Shown: positions 7,122-23,423 of the stretch, one piece after another
How the letters are laid out: every line of letters starts with the position of its first letter
Numbering within the stretch: the first letter of the stretch is position 1
Assembly: GCA_050014195.1 (NCBI GenBank)
Contig: JBEKDT010000006.1
Coordinates: 96,001 to 160,000 of the forward strand
Source: Desulfomonilia bacterium
GTDB taxonomy: Bacteria; Desulfobacterota; Desulfomonilia; UBA1062
Direction: 5' to 3'
Length of the DNA: 64,000 nt
Notes under the pieces: generated by a model
Databases searched by the model: none
What the model was told of the DNA's origin: nothing
The model's input: only the letters and a program-made list of their open reading frames with translations
Position numbers and translations under genes: made by a program

Positions 7122-7198
7122 GCGGGAGTAGCTCAGTTGGCTAGAGCGTCAGCCTTCCAAGCTGAGGGTCGCGGGTTCGAATCCCGTTTCCCGCTCCA
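7122..7198 (+). tRNA. tRNA-Gly(TCC)
   Basis: TCAGC-CTTCCAA-GCTGA anticodon arm, CCA. Confidence 0.97.
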
Positions 7199-7225
7199 TA
7201 TCCCCTCTAGTTTTTGTGGAGACAT

Positions 7226-7303
7226 GCCCACGTAGCTCAGTAGGTAGAGCACTTCCTTGGTAAGGAAGAGGTTTCCCCGGTTCGATCCCGGGCGTGGGCT
7301 CCA
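7226..7303 (+). tRNA. tRNA-Thr(GGT)
   Basis: CTTCC-TTGGTAA-GGAAG anticodon arm, CCA; completes the canonical thr-tyr-gly-thr-tuf order. Confidence 0.95.
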
Positions 7304-7349
7304 CCTGAAAAGGCTTGTGCGGAGAAAAAAATTATAAAGGGGGAAGTAC

Positions 7350-8546
7350 ATGGCTAAGGAGACATTCAAGAGGACGAAGCCGCATGTGAATGTGGGGACG
7401 ATTGGTCATATTGATCATGGGAAGACGACGTTGACGGCGGCGATCACGAAGCATTTGGCGAAGAAGGGCATGGCCGAGTACGTGGCGTATGACCAGATAG
7501 ATAAGGCTCCGGAAGAGAAGGAGCGAGGGATCACGATCAACACGGCGCATGTGGAGTATGAGACGGAGAAGAGGCACTATGCGCACATCGATTGTCCTGG
7601 ACATGCGGACTACATCAAGAACATGATAACGGGAGCGGCGCAGATGGACGGGGCGATATTGGTGGTGGCGGCCTCTGACGGTCCGATGCCGCAGACGCGT
7701 GAGCACATTTTGTTGGCGAAGCAGGTGAATGTGCCGGCGATGGTGGTATTCATGAACAAGGTGGACCAGGTGGACGATCCGGAGTTATTGGAGCTGGTGG
7801 AGCTGGAGCTTCGGGAGCTTTTGAGTGCGTATGATTTTCCTGGGGACGAGATACCGATCATACGGGGGAGCGCGTTGAAGGCTCTTGAGACGGATGATTC
7901 GGATGGTGCGGATGCGAAGTGCATATTTGAGTTGATGGATGCGGTGGACAGCTACATACCCGAGCCGGTCAGGGACATAGACAAGCCGTTTTTGATGCCT
8001 GTAGAGGACATATTTACGATCAGCGGGCGCGGTACGGTGGTGACGGGCCGAGTAGAGCGCGGGATCATCAAGGTAGGGGACGAGGTGGAGATAATAGGGA
8101 TACGACCCACGATCAAGACGGTGTGCACGGGCGTTGAGATGTTCCGGAAGACGCTGGATGAGGGTCGTGCCGGGGACAATGTAGGGGTGCTGATCCGTGG
8201 GACGAAGCGTGAGGAGGTGGAGAGGGGGCAGGTAGTGGCGAAGCCCGGATCGATCAATCCGCACGTGCATTTCAGCTCTGAGGTATATGTATTAAAGAAG
8301 GAAGAGGGTGGTCGTCACACGCCGTTTTTCACGGGGTACCGGCCGCAGTTTTATTTTCGGACGACGGACGTGACGGGGGACATCAAGTTGCCCGAGGGGG
8401 TGGAGATGGTGATGCCCGGGGACAACGTGACGATGGAAGTGACGCTGATAGCGCCTATAGCGATGGAAGAGGGGTTGAGGTTTGCCATTCGAGAGGGCGG
8501 CAGGACCGTGGCATCCGGCGTCATCGTCAAGGTCATCCCGGACTAA
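7350..8546 (+). CDS. tuf: Elongation factor Tu (tRNA-linked copy)
   Basis: [16 protein letters not shown] and NKVD motifs. Confidence 0.99.
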   Translation: MAKETFKRTKPHVNVGTIGHIDHGKTTLTAAITKHLAKKGMAEYVAYDQIDKAPEEKERGITINTAHVEYETEKRHYAHIDCPGHADYIKNMITGAAQMDGAILVVAASDGPMPQTREHILLAKQVNVPAMVVFMNKVDQVDDPELLELVELELRELLSAYDFPGDEIPIIRGSALKALETDDSDGADAKCIFELMDAVDSYIPEPVRDIDKPFLMPVEDIFTISGRGTVVTGRVERGIIKVGDEVEIIGIRPTIKTVCTGVEMFRKTLDEGRAGDNVGVLIRGTKREEVERGQVVAKPGSINPHVHFSSEVYVLKKEEGGRHTPFFTGYRPQFYFRTTDVTGDIKLPEGVEMVMPGDNVTMEVTLIAPIAMEEGLRFAIREGGRTVASGVIVKVIPD

Positions 8547-8561
8547 ATAAGGTAGACATCC

Positions 8562-8711
8562 ATGAGAGACATTATTACTTTGGCATGTTCCGACTGCAAG
8601 AGGCGTAACTATACGTCCACTCGGAACAAGAAAAAGACCACGGACAAGCTGGAGGTGAAGAAGTATTGTCCTTCCTGCAGGGTTCATACGCTCCACAAAG
8701 AGACAAAGTAA
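8562..8711 (+). CDS. rpmG: 50S ribosomal protein L33 (Zn-binding form; absent from the ORF track)
   Basis: Manual translation [17 protein letters not shown]...[17 protein letters not shown]. Confidence 0.97.
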   Translation: MRDIITLACSDCKRRNYTSTRNKKKTTDKLEVKKYCPSCRVHTLHKETK

Positions 8712-8718
8712 AACGTGC

Positions 8719-8795
8719 AGGCCAGTAGCTCTAATTGGCAGAGCGCCGGACTCCAAATCCGGATGCTGGGGGTTCGAATCCCTCCTGGCCTGCCA
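8719..8795 (+). tRNA. tRNA-Trp(CCA)
   Basis: CCGGA-CTCCAAA-TCCGG anticodon arm, CCA; located between rpmG and secE. Confidence 0.96.
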
Positions 8796-8815
8796 GTTTG
8801 GTTGGTAAGGAAGAT

Positions 8816-9028
8816 ATGGAAAACGAAAAATTAGCGGTAATCCTGAAGATCAAGCAGTTCTTCAAGGAAATCAGGGCCGAATGGGGCAAGGTCACCAAGA
8901 CCGGCAGGAAAGAGGTTATGAGCGGGACGATTGCAGTGATCATCTTGAGCGTAATAATCTCGGTGTTCTTGGCCGTTATCGACGCAGGCCTGTCCCAAAT
9001 GGTCAAGTTCATACTGAGTCTCGGGTAA
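8816..9028 (+). CDS. secE: Preprotein translocase SecE
   Basis: FFKEIRAEWGKVT followed by one TM helix; precedes nusG. Confidence 0.93.
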   Translation: MENEKLAVILKIKQFFKEIRAEWGKVTKTGRKEVMSGTIAVIILSVIISVFLAVIDAGLSQMVKFILSLG

Positions 9029-9033
9029 AAGCC

Positions 9034-9576
9034 ATGGATGAGAACTTAGAACATAAGTGGTACGTGGTACATACCCACTCAAATTACGAACACAAGGCGA
9101 AAAAGTCCTTGGAGGAACGCATCAAGGCCTTCAATTGCGAGGAATATTTCTCCGGAATCCTCGTACCCTCCGAGCAGATAAAGAAATCTGCCCCGGGAAA
9201 GAAGAAGACCTCGGCCAGGAAGTACTTCCCCGGGTATATTCTGGTCAGGATGGCCCTGACCGACAAGACCTGGCACGTGGTCATGAGTACGCCCAAGGTC
9301 ACGGGCTTCGTGGGTGGCAGGACTACTCCGTCCACCATCCCCGATGTCGAGGTGGAGACCTTGAAGTCGCAGCTCGAAGAAGGCATGGAGTCGCAGTCCC
9401 TCAGGTGCGAATTCGCCGTGGGTGATGCGGTTATAGTCAATGAAGGTCCTTTCCAGAACTTCAGCGGCATTGTGGATGACTGCAAACCCGATAAGGGAAA
9501 GGTGCGCGTGCTCGTGAGCATATTCGGTCGCTCAACGCCCGTAGAGCTGGGATTCGAACAGATAACCAAGAAATAG
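9034..9576 (+). CDS. nusG: Transcription factor NusG
   Basis: WYVVHT, FPGYILV, TPKVTGFVG and KOW GPF...SIFGRSTPVEL; start ATG 9034. Confidence 0.97.
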   Translation: MDENLEHKWYVVHTHSNYEHKAKKSLEERIKAFNCEEYFSGILVPSEQIKKSAPGKKKTSARKYFPGYILVRMALTDKTWHVVMSTPKVTGFVGGRTTPSTIPDVEVETLKSQLEEGMESQSLRCEFAVGDAVIVNEGPFQNFSGIVDDCKPDKGKVRVLVSIFGRSTPVELGFEQITKK

Positions 9577-9594
9577 ACCATCAGAGGAAAGCAT

Positions 9595-10020
9595 ATGGCA
9601 AAGAAACTATTGGCAAAAATCAAGATTCATATCCCTGCAGGCGAGGCGAAACCCTCGCCCCCCGTCGGGCCCGCGCTGGGCCAGCACGGGGTGAACATCA
9701 TGGAGTTCTGTAAGGCATTCAATACCGCAACGGACAAGCAGCGCGGATACAAGATCCCTGTTGAGATCTCCGTGTATGCGGATCGATCATTCACCTTCAT
9801 CACCAAGAGCCCGCCGGCTTCAACACTGCTTCTGAAGGCGGCAGGCCTCGAGAAGGGATCATCGATCCCCAATAAGGACAAGGTGGGCAGGGTCACCAGG
9901 GACCAGGTAATCGAAATCGCGAAGCAGAAGATGAATGACCTCAATGCGCAGGACATGGACAATGCCGTCAATATCATTGCCGGCACCGCCCGGAGCATGG
10001 GGATCGAGATTGTAGACTGA
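9595..10020 (+). CDS. rplK: 50S ribosomal protein L11
   Basis: [24 protein letters not shown]. Confidence 0.99.
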   Translation: MAKKLLAKIKIHIPAGEAKPSPPVGPALGQHGVNIMEFCKAFNTATDKQRGYKIPVEISVYADRSFTFITKSPPASTLLLKAAGLEKGSSIPNKDKVGRVTRDQVIEIAKQKMNDLNAQDMDNAVNIIAGTARSMGIEIVD

Positions 10021-10034
10021 AGGAGATACACGCT

Positions 10035-10739
10035 ATGGCGAGGTGTGGCAAAAAATATGCTGAGGCGAGGAACAAGGTTGACCCTCAGAAGAAATACGCG
10101 CTGACCGATGCGCTCGCGCTGGTGATCGACAATGCCTATGCAAAGTTTGATGAGAGCGTGGACGTGGCCTTAAGGCTTGGGGTCGATCCCCGGCATGCCG
10201 ACCAGATGGTCCGCGGCTCCGTGGTGCTTCCGCACGGTACGGGCAAGACCACAAGGGTCCTGGTGTTCGCCAGGGGTGAGAAAGAGAAGGAGGCCAAAGA
10301 GGCAGGGGCAGACTACGTCGGTGCAGAGGACATCGCCGAGAAGGTCCAGGGCGGGTGGCTCGATTTCGACAAGGTCATTGCTACGCCCGACCTGATGGGA
10401 ACCGTGGGCAAGCTGGGAAAGGTCTTAGGCCCCAGAGGCATGATGCCGAACCCCAAGCTCGGCACTGTTACGTTCGATGTAACCAAGGCGGTCAGTGATA
10501 TGAAGGCCGGCCGGGTTGATTTCCGCGTGGACAAGGTGGGCATCGTCCATTGCAGCGTCGGCAAGGTGTCCTTCGGCAAGGAGAAGATCTTTGACAACCT
10601 CAAGGTCCTGCTTGAGATGATCATGAAGCTCAAGCCGTCTTCTAGTAAGGGGACGTATGTAAAGGGCGTGGCCGTGTCCAGCACCATGGGTCCGGGTGTG
10701 AGGATTGATCCGTTTGAGGTTTCAAACATACTAAAGTAA
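10035..10739 (+). CDS. rplA: 50S ribosomal protein L1
   Basis: [18 protein letters not shown]. Confidence 0.99.
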   Translation: MARCGKKYAEARNKVDPQKKYALTDALALVIDNAYAKFDESVDVALRLGVDPRHADQMVRGSVVLPHGTGKTTRVLVFARGEKEKEAKEAGADYVGAEDIAEKVQGGWLDFDKVIATPDLMGTVGKLGKVLGPRGMMPNPKLGTVTFDVTKAVSDMKAGRVDFRVDKVGIVHCSVGKVSFGKEKIFDNLKVLLEMIMKLKPSSSKGTYVKGVAVSSTMGPGVRIDPFEVSNILK

Positions 10740-10743
10740 ATAA

Positions 10744-10833
10744 GTCCTGGTCAAAGACAGCGGGAGCACGCGTGAGCGTGCTTAAACATTCCCGCCGAGA
10801 TCTGGGTATCCCCTAGGCACCCTTTGACAGGAT
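10744..10833 (+). ncRNA. L10 leader (ribosomal protein autoregulatory RNA)
   Basis: AAGACAGCGGG..TTAA..CCCGCCGAG motif enclosed by a GTCAAAG/CTTTGAC stem, upstream of rplJ. Confidence 0.8.
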
Positions 10834-10865
10834 TAATCCAAAAAAGAAAGGGGTGAGGTGTTTCA

Positions 10866-11381
10866 TTGAAAAAGGACGAAAAAGAACAATTAGTGCAGGT
10901 CCTGCATGATGAGCTGGGAAAATCCCAGGCGTTTTTCGTGACCGACTACATGGGTTTGACCGTGGAGAAGATCACGAAGCTCAGGCGGGACATTAAAGGC
11001 GCAGGCGGTTCATACCAGGTCGTCAAGAATACCCTTCTCAGAAGGGCGTCCGTTGGGACGCCTGCAAAGGGCATCGAGCAGTTTTTTGTAGGGCCGACGG
11101 CTGTCGCTATTGCCAAGACGGATGCTGTTGCCGTTGCAAAGGCCCTGGTAAATTTTGCCAAGGACAACGATCAGCTCGAGATCCAGGCGGGCATGCTGGG
11201 CGAGCGGGCCATCACCGCTCTTGACATCCAGGAACTCTCTAAGATGCCGCCTAAGGAAGTGCTGCTGGCGAGGATGCTTGGTTCCCTCAACGCCCCGGTT
11301 TCAAACTTTGTGGGCGTGCTATCGGCCATTGTCAGACAGTTGGTTTATGTACTGAAAGCCATTGAAAACAAGAAAGCGTGA
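10866..11381 (+). CDS. rplJ: 50S ribosomal protein L10
   Basis: DYMGLTV, VVKNTL, GPTAVA; TTG start. Confidence 0.97.
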   Translation: MKKDEKEQLVQVLHDELGKSQAFFVTDYMGLTVEKITKLRRDIKGAGGSYQVVKNTLLRRASVGTPAKGIEQFFVGPTAVAIAKTDAVAVAKALVNFAKDNDQLEIQAGMLGERAITALDIQELSKMPPKEVLLARMLGSLNAPVSNFVGVLSAIVRQLVYVLKAIENKKA

Positions 11382-11393
11382 AGGAGTATAAAA

Positions 11394-11777
11394 ATGTCAC
11401 AGATTACCCGTGAGGATGTTATAAAATTCATCGAGAGCATGACCGTTCTCGATCTGTCGGAATTTGTTAAGCAACTTGAAGAGAAGTTCGGTGTTACTGC
11501 TGCCGCCCCGGTTGCCGCTGTTGCCGCCATGCCGGGTGCTGCCCCTGCCGCAGCTGTAGAGGAGAAGACCACCTTTGATGTGGTCCTTAAGGATGTAGGC
11601 CCGCAGAAGATCCAGGTCATCAAGGTCGTGCGCGCACTCACCGACCTTGGCCTCAAAGAGGCGAAGGATGCCGTTGAGGGAGTGCCCAAGACAGTGAAGG
11701 AGGGCGTAAACAAAGAGGAAGCCGAAGACGCCAAGAAGAAGCTCGAAGAGGTCGGTGCAGTCGTCGAGATTAAGTAG
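11394..11777 (+). CDS. rplL: 50S ribosomal protein L7/L12
   Basis: [25 protein letters not shown]. Confidence 0.99.
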   Translation: MSQITREDVIKFIESMTVLDLSEFVKQLEEKFGVTAAAPVAAVAAMPGAAPAAAVEEKTTFDVVLKDVGPQKIQVIKVVRALTDLGLKEAKDAVEGVPKTVKEGVNKEEAEDAKKKLEEVGAVVEIK

Positions 11778-11794
11778 AGAACAGGTACACCCTG

Positions 11795-11826
11795 AGCGGG
11801 GGATAGGCTCAGCCTGTCCCCCCGCT
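11795..11826 (+). terminator. Strong hairpin in the rplL-rpoB spacer (attenuator or processing site)
   Basis: AGCGGGGGATAGGCT / AGCCTGTCCCCCCGCT; poor U-tract. Confidence 0.5.
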
Positions 11827-11878
11827 GCTTCCCTCGTGTAGGAATCATAACTCTTAAAAAAGAGGAAGACTAAAAAAG

Positions 11879-14800
11879 ATGATAGAAAGCATCCTTTTAA
11901 ATCCGCAATTAAGGCGAAAGAACTTCGGAAAGAGGCAGACCATCCTGGACATACCCGACTTGGTTGAACTTCCGAAGTCGTCCTATAGCGCTTTTCTGCA
12001 AAAGGACATACCGCCGGAGAAAAGGAAGAACATCGGTCTTCAGCAGGTGTTCAAATCTGTATTCCCGATCAAGGATTTCAATGAGGACGCATCGCTAGAG
12101 TTCGTGGAATACCGGCTGGGTGAGTCGAAGTATGACATGGATGAATGCCTCCAGAAGGGCCTCACGTATGCCGCGCCGGTGAACCTCAAGGTGAGGCTCG
12201 TTGTCTATGACCGCGACGAGGAGTCGGGCACCCAGAGCATCAGGGATATAAAGGAGCAGGAGGTCTACTTCGGTGAGATACCGCTCATGACCCCGAGCTC
12301 CACCTTCATCATCAACGGTACCGAGCGGGTCATTGTAAGCCAGCTCCATCGGTCGCCCGGGATCTTTTTCGATAAGACCACGGCCCGGGCCGCCACGGGC
12401 GGGAGAGTCCTCTATTCGGCCCGGATCATCCCTGCCAGAGGCTCCTGGCTCGATCTGGACTTCGATGCGAAGAGCATCTTATATCTCAGGATCGACCGCC
12501 GCAGGAAGATGCCGGTGACTACGCTCATGAAGGCCATGAGTTTCTCGAACCAGGATGTCCTTGCCATCTACTACCCCAAGGAACGCTACACCTTCGAGAA
12601 GAAAGCGGTCCACAAGCATATCGACATAGAGAACCTCCTGGGGCTGAAGGTTGACTTCGATATTAAGCTGAAAGGTTCCGATGAGGCGGTTCTCAAGGCG
12701 GGACGCAAGGTCACGGCCAAGATCGCGAGCAAGTACAAGGGCAAGGTCTTCGAGCCCATTGTCATGGAAGAGAGCGAACTTTTAGGCAAGATCATAGCCG
12801 ATGATATCGTGAACATGGAAACCGGCGAGATCATCGTGGACGCCAATGAGGAGATCACCGAAGAGCTCATTGAAAAGCTCCATGAACACGGCATCAAAGA
12901 GTTCAAGGCCATCTATTTTGATGAGATCACCTACAGCAGTTCGCTGAGCAAGACATTGGCCCTTGATAAAGTGGACACACCGGAAGAGGCCCTCATCGAA
13001 ATATACCGACGCTTGAGGCCGTCGAATCCTCCGACCCTTGAGATAGCGACCCATTTCTTCGATAATTTGTTTTTCAACCCCTCCTACTATGACCTCTCCC
13101 GCGTGGGCAGGATGAAGATAAACCAGAAGCTTCATATCAGCGAGGAAGAGGCACCGCTTGACTATACGGTGCTCCGCAAGGAGGACATTCTCTTCACCGT
13201 GAAATACCTCCTGCAACTGAGAGACGGCATGCAGGGCAGGTCCGTGGATGACATCGACCACATGTCCAACCGCCGCGTACGATCCGTGGGCGAGCTCCTG
13301 GAAAACCAGTACCGGATCGGGCTGGTCCGGATGGAGCGGGCCATCAAGGAACGCATGAGCCTGCAGGACGTTGAGACCATGATGCCCAACAACCTCATCA
13401 ACCCCAAGCCGGTGACCGCGGTCATCAGGGAGTTCTTCGGCTCGGGCCAGTTGAGCCAGTTCATGGACCAGACCAATCCGTTATCCGCCATCACCCACAA
13501 ACGCAGGCTCTCCGCCCTGGGTCCCGGCGGACTCACCAGAGAGCGTGCCGTGTTCGAGGTGCGTGACGTGCACCCCTCCCACTACGGCCGCGTTTGTCCC
13601 ATCGAGACGCCGGAAGGCCCGAATATCGGTCTCATCGTATCGCTCTCCACCTACGGACGCGTGAACGAGTTCGGGTTCATCGAGACCCCGTATTACGTGG
13701 TGAAGGGCGGGGTGGTTACCGATGAGATTCACTACTTAAGCGCCATTGAAGAAGATGAGCAGGTTATTGTTCAGGCAACCGAGCCCCTGGATGAAGATAG
13801 TAAGATCATTGCCGACTTGGTGCGCGTGCGCGTAAGGAACGGCCAGTACTCTACGGTCACCCGCGACCAGGTCACCTATATGGACGTGGCCACGAACCAG
13901 CTCTTTTCCGTGTCGGCAAACCTCATCCCATTTTTGGAGCATGACGATGCCAACCGGGCGCTCATGGGCTCCAACATGCAGCGCCAGGCAGTACCGCTGC
14001 TCTTCTCCAGGCCGCCCATAGTGGGAACCGGCATGGAGCAGCTTGTGGCCAGGGACTCGGGTGTGTGTGTAGTGGCCCACCGGCCCGGGACGGTGCAGGA
14101 TGTGGACAGCCAGCGTATCGTCATCAAGGCCGACACCATGGGCAAGGACCGGGAGGACACCGGAATCGACATCTACCGGCTCACCAAATTCAAGCGTGCC
14201 AACCAGAACACCTCCTTTAACCAGAAGCCTATCGTGCGAAAAGGGCTGCACGTAGCCAGAAACGAGATCATTGCCGACGGCCCGGCTACCCGAAACGGTG
14301 AGCTGGCCCTGGGCAGGAATCTGATCGTCGCCTTCATGCCCTGGGGCGGCTATAACTATGAAGACGCCATCCTCATCTCTGAGCGAGTGGTGAAAGAAGA
14401 CTTCTATACCTCGGTGCATATCGAGGAATTCGAGGTCATGGCCCGTGACGTCAAGCTCGGCAGCGAAGAGATCACACGGGACATACCGAATGCCGGCGAA
14501 GAGGCCTTAAAAGACCTCGATGACTCGGGCATTATCCGCATCGGCGCCGAGGTCAAACCCGGCGATATCCTGGTGGGAAAGGTCACCCCCAAGGGCGAAA
14601 CCCAGCTCTCTCCTGAGGAGAAACTGCTGCGCGCCATCTTCGGCGAGAAGGCCAGCGAAGTGAAGGACACCTCCTTAAGGGTCCCGCCCGGCATCGAGGG
14701 AACCATCATTGACGCTCGCGTCTTCAACCGCAGAGGACAGGATAAGGACGAGCGGACACTCCAGATCGAGCATATGGAGATCGATAAGCTGAGGAAGGAC

Positions 14801-16021
14801 CAGGAAGACGAGATCGCAATCATCGTTGATGGAGGCAGGAACAGGCTTGAAGACCTGCTCATCGGCAAAAAGCTCTCAGGGCCGATGCTCTCCCATCTGG
14901 GCGACACCATCATCGCCAAGAAGGGGAATGTCATCAAGAAGGAGATGCTCGACCAGCTGAGGATAGACGATTTCAAAGACATCCGCGTCGCAGAAGGAAA
15001 TGAGGTTGAGCAGGAGATCGAGAAGGTCATCACGAGGGTGGACCATCAGAAGAAGCTCATCCTGGACTTCTATGACTCCAAGATCGAAAAGCTCTCCGCC
15101 GGAGACGATCTGCCGCCCGGTGTGAACAAGATGGTGAAGGTCTATGTAGCCATCAAGCGCAAGCTATCGGTCGGCGACAAGATGGCCGGCCGCCACGGCA
15201 ACAAGGGCGTCATCTCGCGGATACTCCCCGAGGAGGACATGCCCTTCTTTACCGACGGTAGGCCGCTGGACATCGTACTGAACCCCTTAGGCGTACCTTC
15301 GCGCATGAATGTCGGCCAGATCCTTGAAACACACCTCGGCTGGGCCATGCACGGCATCGGCGAGGTGATCAACAAGATGATAGAAGAGAAATATCCGGAC
15401 GAGGAGCTCAAGGGCATGCTCAAAAAGGTCTATGGCTCAAAGAAGATAAGCAGGATACTTGAGAAGGCCTCCCGCGAAGAGCTCCTTGAGCTTGCCAGCA
15501 AGATCAAGGAGGGCGGGCTCACCGTATCGGTACCGGTGTTCGATTCCGCAACGGAAAACGACATAGCCGGCATGTTCAAGCTGGCAGGCATAACGGACGG
15601 CGGACGTGTCACCCTGTACGACGGCAGGTCCGGAGAGCCCTTTGACTCTAAGGTCACCGTAGGCATCATGTACATGCTCAAGCTCCACCATCTGGTGGAT
15701 GACAAGATCCATGCCCGGTCCATCGGCCCGTACTCACTCGTCACCCAGCAGCCTCTTGGCGGCAAGGCCCAGTTCGGCGGCCAGCGCCTGGGAGAGATGG
15801 AGGTCTGGGCCATCGAGGCCTATGGCGCCGCCTACACCCTGCAGGAGTTTCTCACGGTCAAGTCCGACGACGTGGCCGGCAGGACCAGGATGTACGAGTC
15901 CATCGTCAAGGGCCAGCATGAGCTGGAGCCCGGAATACCGGAGTCATTCAACGTTCTCACGAGAGAACTCAAAAGCCTGGGCCTCGATATCTCATTGATC
16001 GAGGGGCAAGGCCAACACTAA
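11879..16021 (+). CDS. rpoB: RNA polymerase beta subunit
   Basis: [22 protein letters not shown] and GGQRLGEME motifs. Confidence 0.99.
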   Translation: MIESILLNPQLRRKNFGKRQTILDIPDLVELPKSSYSAFLQKDIPPEKRKNIGLQQVFKSVFPIKDFNEDASLEFVEYRLGESKYDMDECLQKGLTYAAPVNLKVRLVVYDRDEESGTQSIRDIKEQEVYFGEIPLMTPSSTFIINGTERVIVSQLHRSPGIFFDKTTARAATGGRVLYSARIIPARGSWLDLDFDAKSILYLRIDRRRKMPVTTLMKAMSFSNQDVLAIYYPKERYTFEKKAVHKHIDIENLLGLKVDFDIKLKGSDEAVLKAGRKVTAKIASKYKGKVFEPIVMEESELLGKIIADDIVNMETGEIIVDANEEITEELIEKLHEHGIKEFKAIYFDEITYSSSLSKTLALDKVDTPEEALIEIYRRLRPSNPPTLEIATHFFDNLFFNPSYYDLSRVGRMKINQKLHISEEEAPLDYTVLRKEDILFTVKYLLQLRDGMQGRSVDDIDHMSNRRVRSVGELLENQYRIGLVRMERAIKERMSLQDVETMMPNNLINPKPVTAVIREFFGSGQLSQFMDQTNPLSAITHKRRLSALGPGGLTRERAVFEVRDVHPSHYGRVCPIETPEGPNIGLIVSLSTYGRVNEFGFIETPYYVVKGGVVTDEIHYLSAIEEDEQVIVQATEPLDEDSKIIADLVRVRVRNGQYSTVTRDQVTYMDVATNQLFSVSANLIPFLEHDDANRALMGSNMQRQAVPLLFSRPPIVGTGMEQLVARDSGVCVVAHRPGTVQDVDSQRIVIKADTMGKDREDTGIDIYRLTKFKRANQNTSFNQKPIVRKGLHVARNEIIADGPATRNGELALGRNLIVAFMPWGGYNYEDAILISERVVKEDFYTSVHIEEFEVMARDVKLGSEEITRDIPNAGEEALKDLDDSGIIRIGAEVKPGDILVGKVTPKGETQLSPEEKLLRAIFGEKASEVKDTSLRVPPGIEGTIIDARVFNRRGQDKDERTLQIEHMEIDKLRKDQEDEIAIIVDGGRNRLEDLLIGKKLSGPMLSHLGDTIIAKKGNVIKKEMLDQLRIDDFKDIRVAEGNEVEQEIEKVITRVDHQKKLILDFYDSKIEKLSAGDDLPPGVNKMVKVYVAIKRKLSVGDKMAGRHGNKGVISRILPEEDMPFFTDGRPLDIVLNPLGVPSRMNVGQILETHLGWAMHGIGEVINKMIEEKYPDEELKGMLKKVYGSKKISRILEKASREELLELASKIKEGGLTVSVPVFDSATENDIAGMFKLAGITDGGRVTLYDGRSGEPFDSKVTVGIMYMLKLHHLVDDKIHARSIGPYSLVTQQPLGGKAQFGGQRLGEMEVWAIEAYGAAYTLQEFLTVKSDDVAGRTRMYESIVKGQHELEPGIPESFNVLTRELKSLGLDISLIEGQGQH

Positions 16022-16033
16022 GGGGGGATAACA

Positions 16034-20365
<4,332 letters not shown>

Positions 20366-20372
20366 AAAGTCC

Positions 20373-20402
20373 TTGACAGGAGAAGGGTTGGATTGTTAGA
20401 AG
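20373..20402 (+). promoter_or_regulatory. Putative str-operon promoter
   Basis: TTGACA-18 nt-TAGAAG with a TG extension. Confidence 0.45.
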
Positions 20403-20469
20403 ACTGCGGCTATCTGAGCATGGATTAAGGAATTTTTTCCTATTGATGACACTAAGAGGATAGAAAGAA

Positions 20470-20841
20470 ATGCCCACACTGAATCAGCTTGTGAGGAAAG
20501 GCAGAAAGACCATCGAGAAGCGTCAGAAGACGAGGGCCCTACAGGCATGCCCCCAGAAGAGGGGCGTCTGTGTGAGGGTCTACACCACGACCCCCAAGAA
20601 GCCCAACTCGGCCCTGAGAAAGGTTGCCCGTGTGCGGCTTACCAACGGTTATGAGGTGACCTCGTATATCCCGGGCGAAGGCCACAACCTCCAGGAACAT
20701 TCAGTGGTGCTGATCAGGGGCGGCCGTGTCAAGGACCTGCCCGGTGTTCGCTATCACATCATCCGTGGCGTCATGGACTCCGAAGGAGTGCAGGAGCGCC
20801 GTAAAGGCCGGTCCAAGTACGGCACCAAGAGACCCAAGTAG
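20470..20841 (+). CDS. rpsL: 30S ribosomal protein S12
   Basis: [21 protein letters not shown]. Confidence 0.99.
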   Translation: MPTLNQLVRKGRKTIEKRQKTRALQACPQKRGVCVRVYTTTPKKPNSALRKVARVRLTNGYEVTSYIPGEGHNLQEHSVVLIRGGRVKDLPGVRYHIIRGVMDSEGVQERRKGRSKYGTKRPK

Positions 20842-20850
20842 AGGTTTTTC

Positions 20851-21324
20851 ATGCCAAGGAAAAAGAGAGGAAGCCTGAAGAGGGGGATCTCATCGGACCC
20901 GAAGTTCGGTGACATCAACGTGGCAAAGTTCATCAACTGCCTCATGTGGGACGGAAAGAAGTCCGTGAGTGAGATGATCTTCTATGAGACATTGGAGCTC
21001 CTCGGCTCCAGGACCAAGGAAGACCCGCTTGAGGTATTCACCAAGGGATTCGACAATGTGAAGCCCTCCCTGGAGGTCCGATCCCGCAGGATCGGCGGCG
21101 CCACCTACCAGGTACCTCAGGAGGTTCGGCCCGACAGGAGGGACATGCTTGCCAGGAGATGGATCATCAATGCCGCACGCGAGCGCTCCGAACATACCAT
21201 GAGCGAGCGGTTGGCCGCCGAACTCCTGGACGCATACAACAACAGGGGAACTTCCATTAAGAAGAAAGAAGACACGCACAAGATGGCGGAGGCCAACAAG
21301 GCGTTTGCACATTATCGCTGGTAA
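20851..21324 (+). CDS. rpsG: 30S ribosomal protein S7
   Basis: [24 protein letters not shown]. Confidence 0.99.
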   Translation: MPRKKRGSLKRGISSDPKFGDINVAKFINCLMWDGKKSVSEMIFYETLELLGSRTKEDPLEVFTKGFDNVKPSLEVRSRRIGGATYQVPQEVRPDRRDMLARRWIINAARERSEHTMSERLAAELLDAYNNRGTSIKKKEDTHKMAEANKAFAHYRW

Positions 21325-21335
21325 GGATTATTGTT

Positions 21336-23423
21336 GTGAAGAGATCAGTCCCGATAGAGAGACTCAGGAACATCGGTATCATGGCCCACATCGATGCGGG
21401 CAAGACCACGACTACCGAGCGCATCCTCTACTATACGGGGCGGAGCTACAAGATCGGCGAGGTGCATGACGGCCAGGCCACCATGGACTGGATGGAGCAG
21501 GAGAAGGAGCGCGGCATCACCATTACCTCGGCCGCCACGACCTGTTCCTGGAAAGACCACATCATCAACATCATCGATACCCCCGGCCACGTGGACTTCA
21601 CTATCGAAGTGGAGCGCAGCTTACGCGTGCTTGACGGGGCCGTGGCCGTCTTCTGCGCCGTAGGCGGCGTAGAGCCTCAGTCCGAGACGGTCTGGAGACA
21701 GGCTGAGCGTTATAAAGTCCCCAGACTCGCCTTTGTCAACAAGATGGACCGTGTCGGGGCCGACTTCCTGAATGTAGTAAGCCAGATCAAGAACAAGCTC
21801 GGGGCCAATGCCGTGGCACTCCAGCTCCCCATGGGGCAGGAGGAGCACTTCGCAGGCATCATCGACCTCGTCGAGATGAAGGCCGTCACCTTTGACGAAT
21901 CCAGCAAGGGTGCAAGTTACGGCTTTATCGATATACCGTTCGAGTACAAAGACATCGCAGATGAATACCGCGAGCGCCTCGTTGAATCACTCTGCGACGC
22001 CGATGATGCCATTATGGTGGCATACCTGGCGGGCGAGCAGATCGGAAACGAAGCCATCAAAAAGGCCGTTAAGAAGGGCACGCTCTTAGGCCTGGTAACG
22101 CCGGTTCTCTGCGGGTCGGCCTTCAAGAACAAGGGTGTGCAGCCGATGCTGGATGCCGTTGTGGACTACCTGCCGTCGCCTGTAGAGGTCGGTGCCGTCA
22201 AGGGAAAGAGCGAAAGCGGTGAGGATGCGAGCCGTAACCCAAGGGACGATGAACCCTTCTCCGCGCTGGCCTTTAAGGTGATGAACGACCCGTACGTGGG
22301 ACAGCTCACCTTTATCCGCGTGTACTCGGGCGTGCTGAATTCGGGCGATACCATCTATAACTGCAGCACGACCAAGAAGGAACGCATCGGAAGGCTCGTG
22401 CGGATGTATGCCGACAAGCGCGAGGAGATAAAGACGCTGTGTACGGGTGAAATCGCTGCAGTATTAGGACTCAAAAACACCATCACGGGCCACAGTCTGT
22501 GTGACCCTGATAAGCCCATTATCCTGGAGTCCATGGACTTCCCGGAACCGGTCATATCCATTGCCATCGAGCCCAAGAGCAAGTCCGACCAGGAAAGACT
22601 GGGCTTTGCGCTTTCCCGGCTTGCCATGGAGGACCCGTCCTTCAGGGTGCAGTCCGATCGTGAGACCGGCGATACACTCATCTCGGGCATGGGCGAACTC
22701 CATCTGGAGATCATTGTGGACAGGCTTAAGAGGGAGTTCAGCGTTGAGGCCAATGTCGGCAAACCCCAGGTGGCTTACCGTGAGACCATCACCAAGACCG
22801 TTCGGGAAACCGTCAAGTACGTCAAACAGACCGGCGGTCACGGGCAGTACGCCCATGTGGTCATATCCGTGGAGCCCCTGGAGCCGGCATCAGGTTTCGA
22901 ATTTGTGAACAAAATCGTAGGCGGCGTGATACCACGCGAATACATCCCTGCAGTAAAGAAGGGGATTGAAGAGTCTCTGGTGATAGGGCCCATTGCCGGA
23001 TATCCTGTCCAGGACATGCGGGTATCGCTCCTCGACGGGTCGTTCCACGAGGTGGATTCCTCCGAGCTTGCCTTCAAGATCGCAGGCTCCATGGCACTCA
23101 AGAACGCACTCAAAAAGGCAGGCCCCATCATGCTCGAGCCCATCATGGACGTCGAGTCGGTCTGCCCTGTTGACTATGTAGGAGATGTGATCAGCGACCT
23201 CTCTTCCCGGAGGGGCAAGGTGCTCGGCATGGACACCCGCTCCGATGTCAGGGTAGTGGCCGCCCAGGTCCCGCTGGCTGAGATGTTCGGCTATGCAACC
23301 GCGCTGCGCTCCTTGACCCAGGGCCGGGCAACCTTTACCATGCAGGTATCCCACTATGAGCCGGTGCCGGGGAACATCTCCGATACGTTAAAAGTTTCCA
23401 GAGGAGGGCAACTCTATGGCTAA
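21336..23423 (+). CDS. fusA: Elongation factor G
   Basis: [24 protein letters not shown]. Confidence 0.99.
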   Translation: MKRSVPIERLRNIGIMAHIDAGKTTTTERILYYTGRSYKIGEVHDGQATMDWMEQEKERGITITSAATTCSWKDHIINIIDTPGHVDFTIEVERSLRVLDGAVAVFCAVGGVEPQSETVWRQAERYKVPRLAFVNKMDRVGADFLNVVSQIKNKLGANAVALQLPMGQEEHFAGIIDLVEMKAVTFDESSKGASYGFIDIPFEYKDIADEYRERLVESLCDADDAIMVAYLAGEQIGNEAIKKAVKKGTLLGLVTPVLCGSAFKNKGVQPMLDAVVDYLPSPVEVGAVKGKSESGEDASRNPRDDEPFSALAFKVMNDPYVGQLTFIRVYSGVLNSGDTIYNCSTTKKERIGRLVRMYADKREEIKTLCTGEIAAVLGLKNTITGHSLCDPDKPIILESMDFPEPVISIAIEPKSKSDQERLGFALSRLAMEDPSFRVQSDRETGDTLISGMGELHLEIIVDRLKREFSVEANVGKPQVAYRETITKTVRETVKYVKQTGGHGQYAHVVISVEPLEPASGFEFVNKIVGGVIPREYIPAVKKGIEESLVIGPIAGYPVQDMRVSLLDGSFHEVDSSELAFKIAGSMALKNALKKAGPIMLEPIMDVESVCPVDYVGDVISDLSSRRGKVLGMDTRSDVRVVAAQVPLAEMFGYATALRSLTQGRATFTMQVSHYEPVPGNISDTLKVSRGGQLYG

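Noticed and set aside
6810-7369. Minus-strand ORFs 6810-7106 and 7133-7369
   Set aside because: Antisense to tRNA genes.
6888-8795. tRNA 3'-end duplication marking an integrated island
   Set aside because: I saw no second copy of any tRNA 3' end in the window, and the accessory pocket lies upstream of the tRNAs.
8735-9033. N-terminal extensions of secE (from 8735) and nusG (from 8881)
   Set aside because: They overlap tRNA-Trp and secE; the ATGs at 8816 and 9034 give normal lengths.
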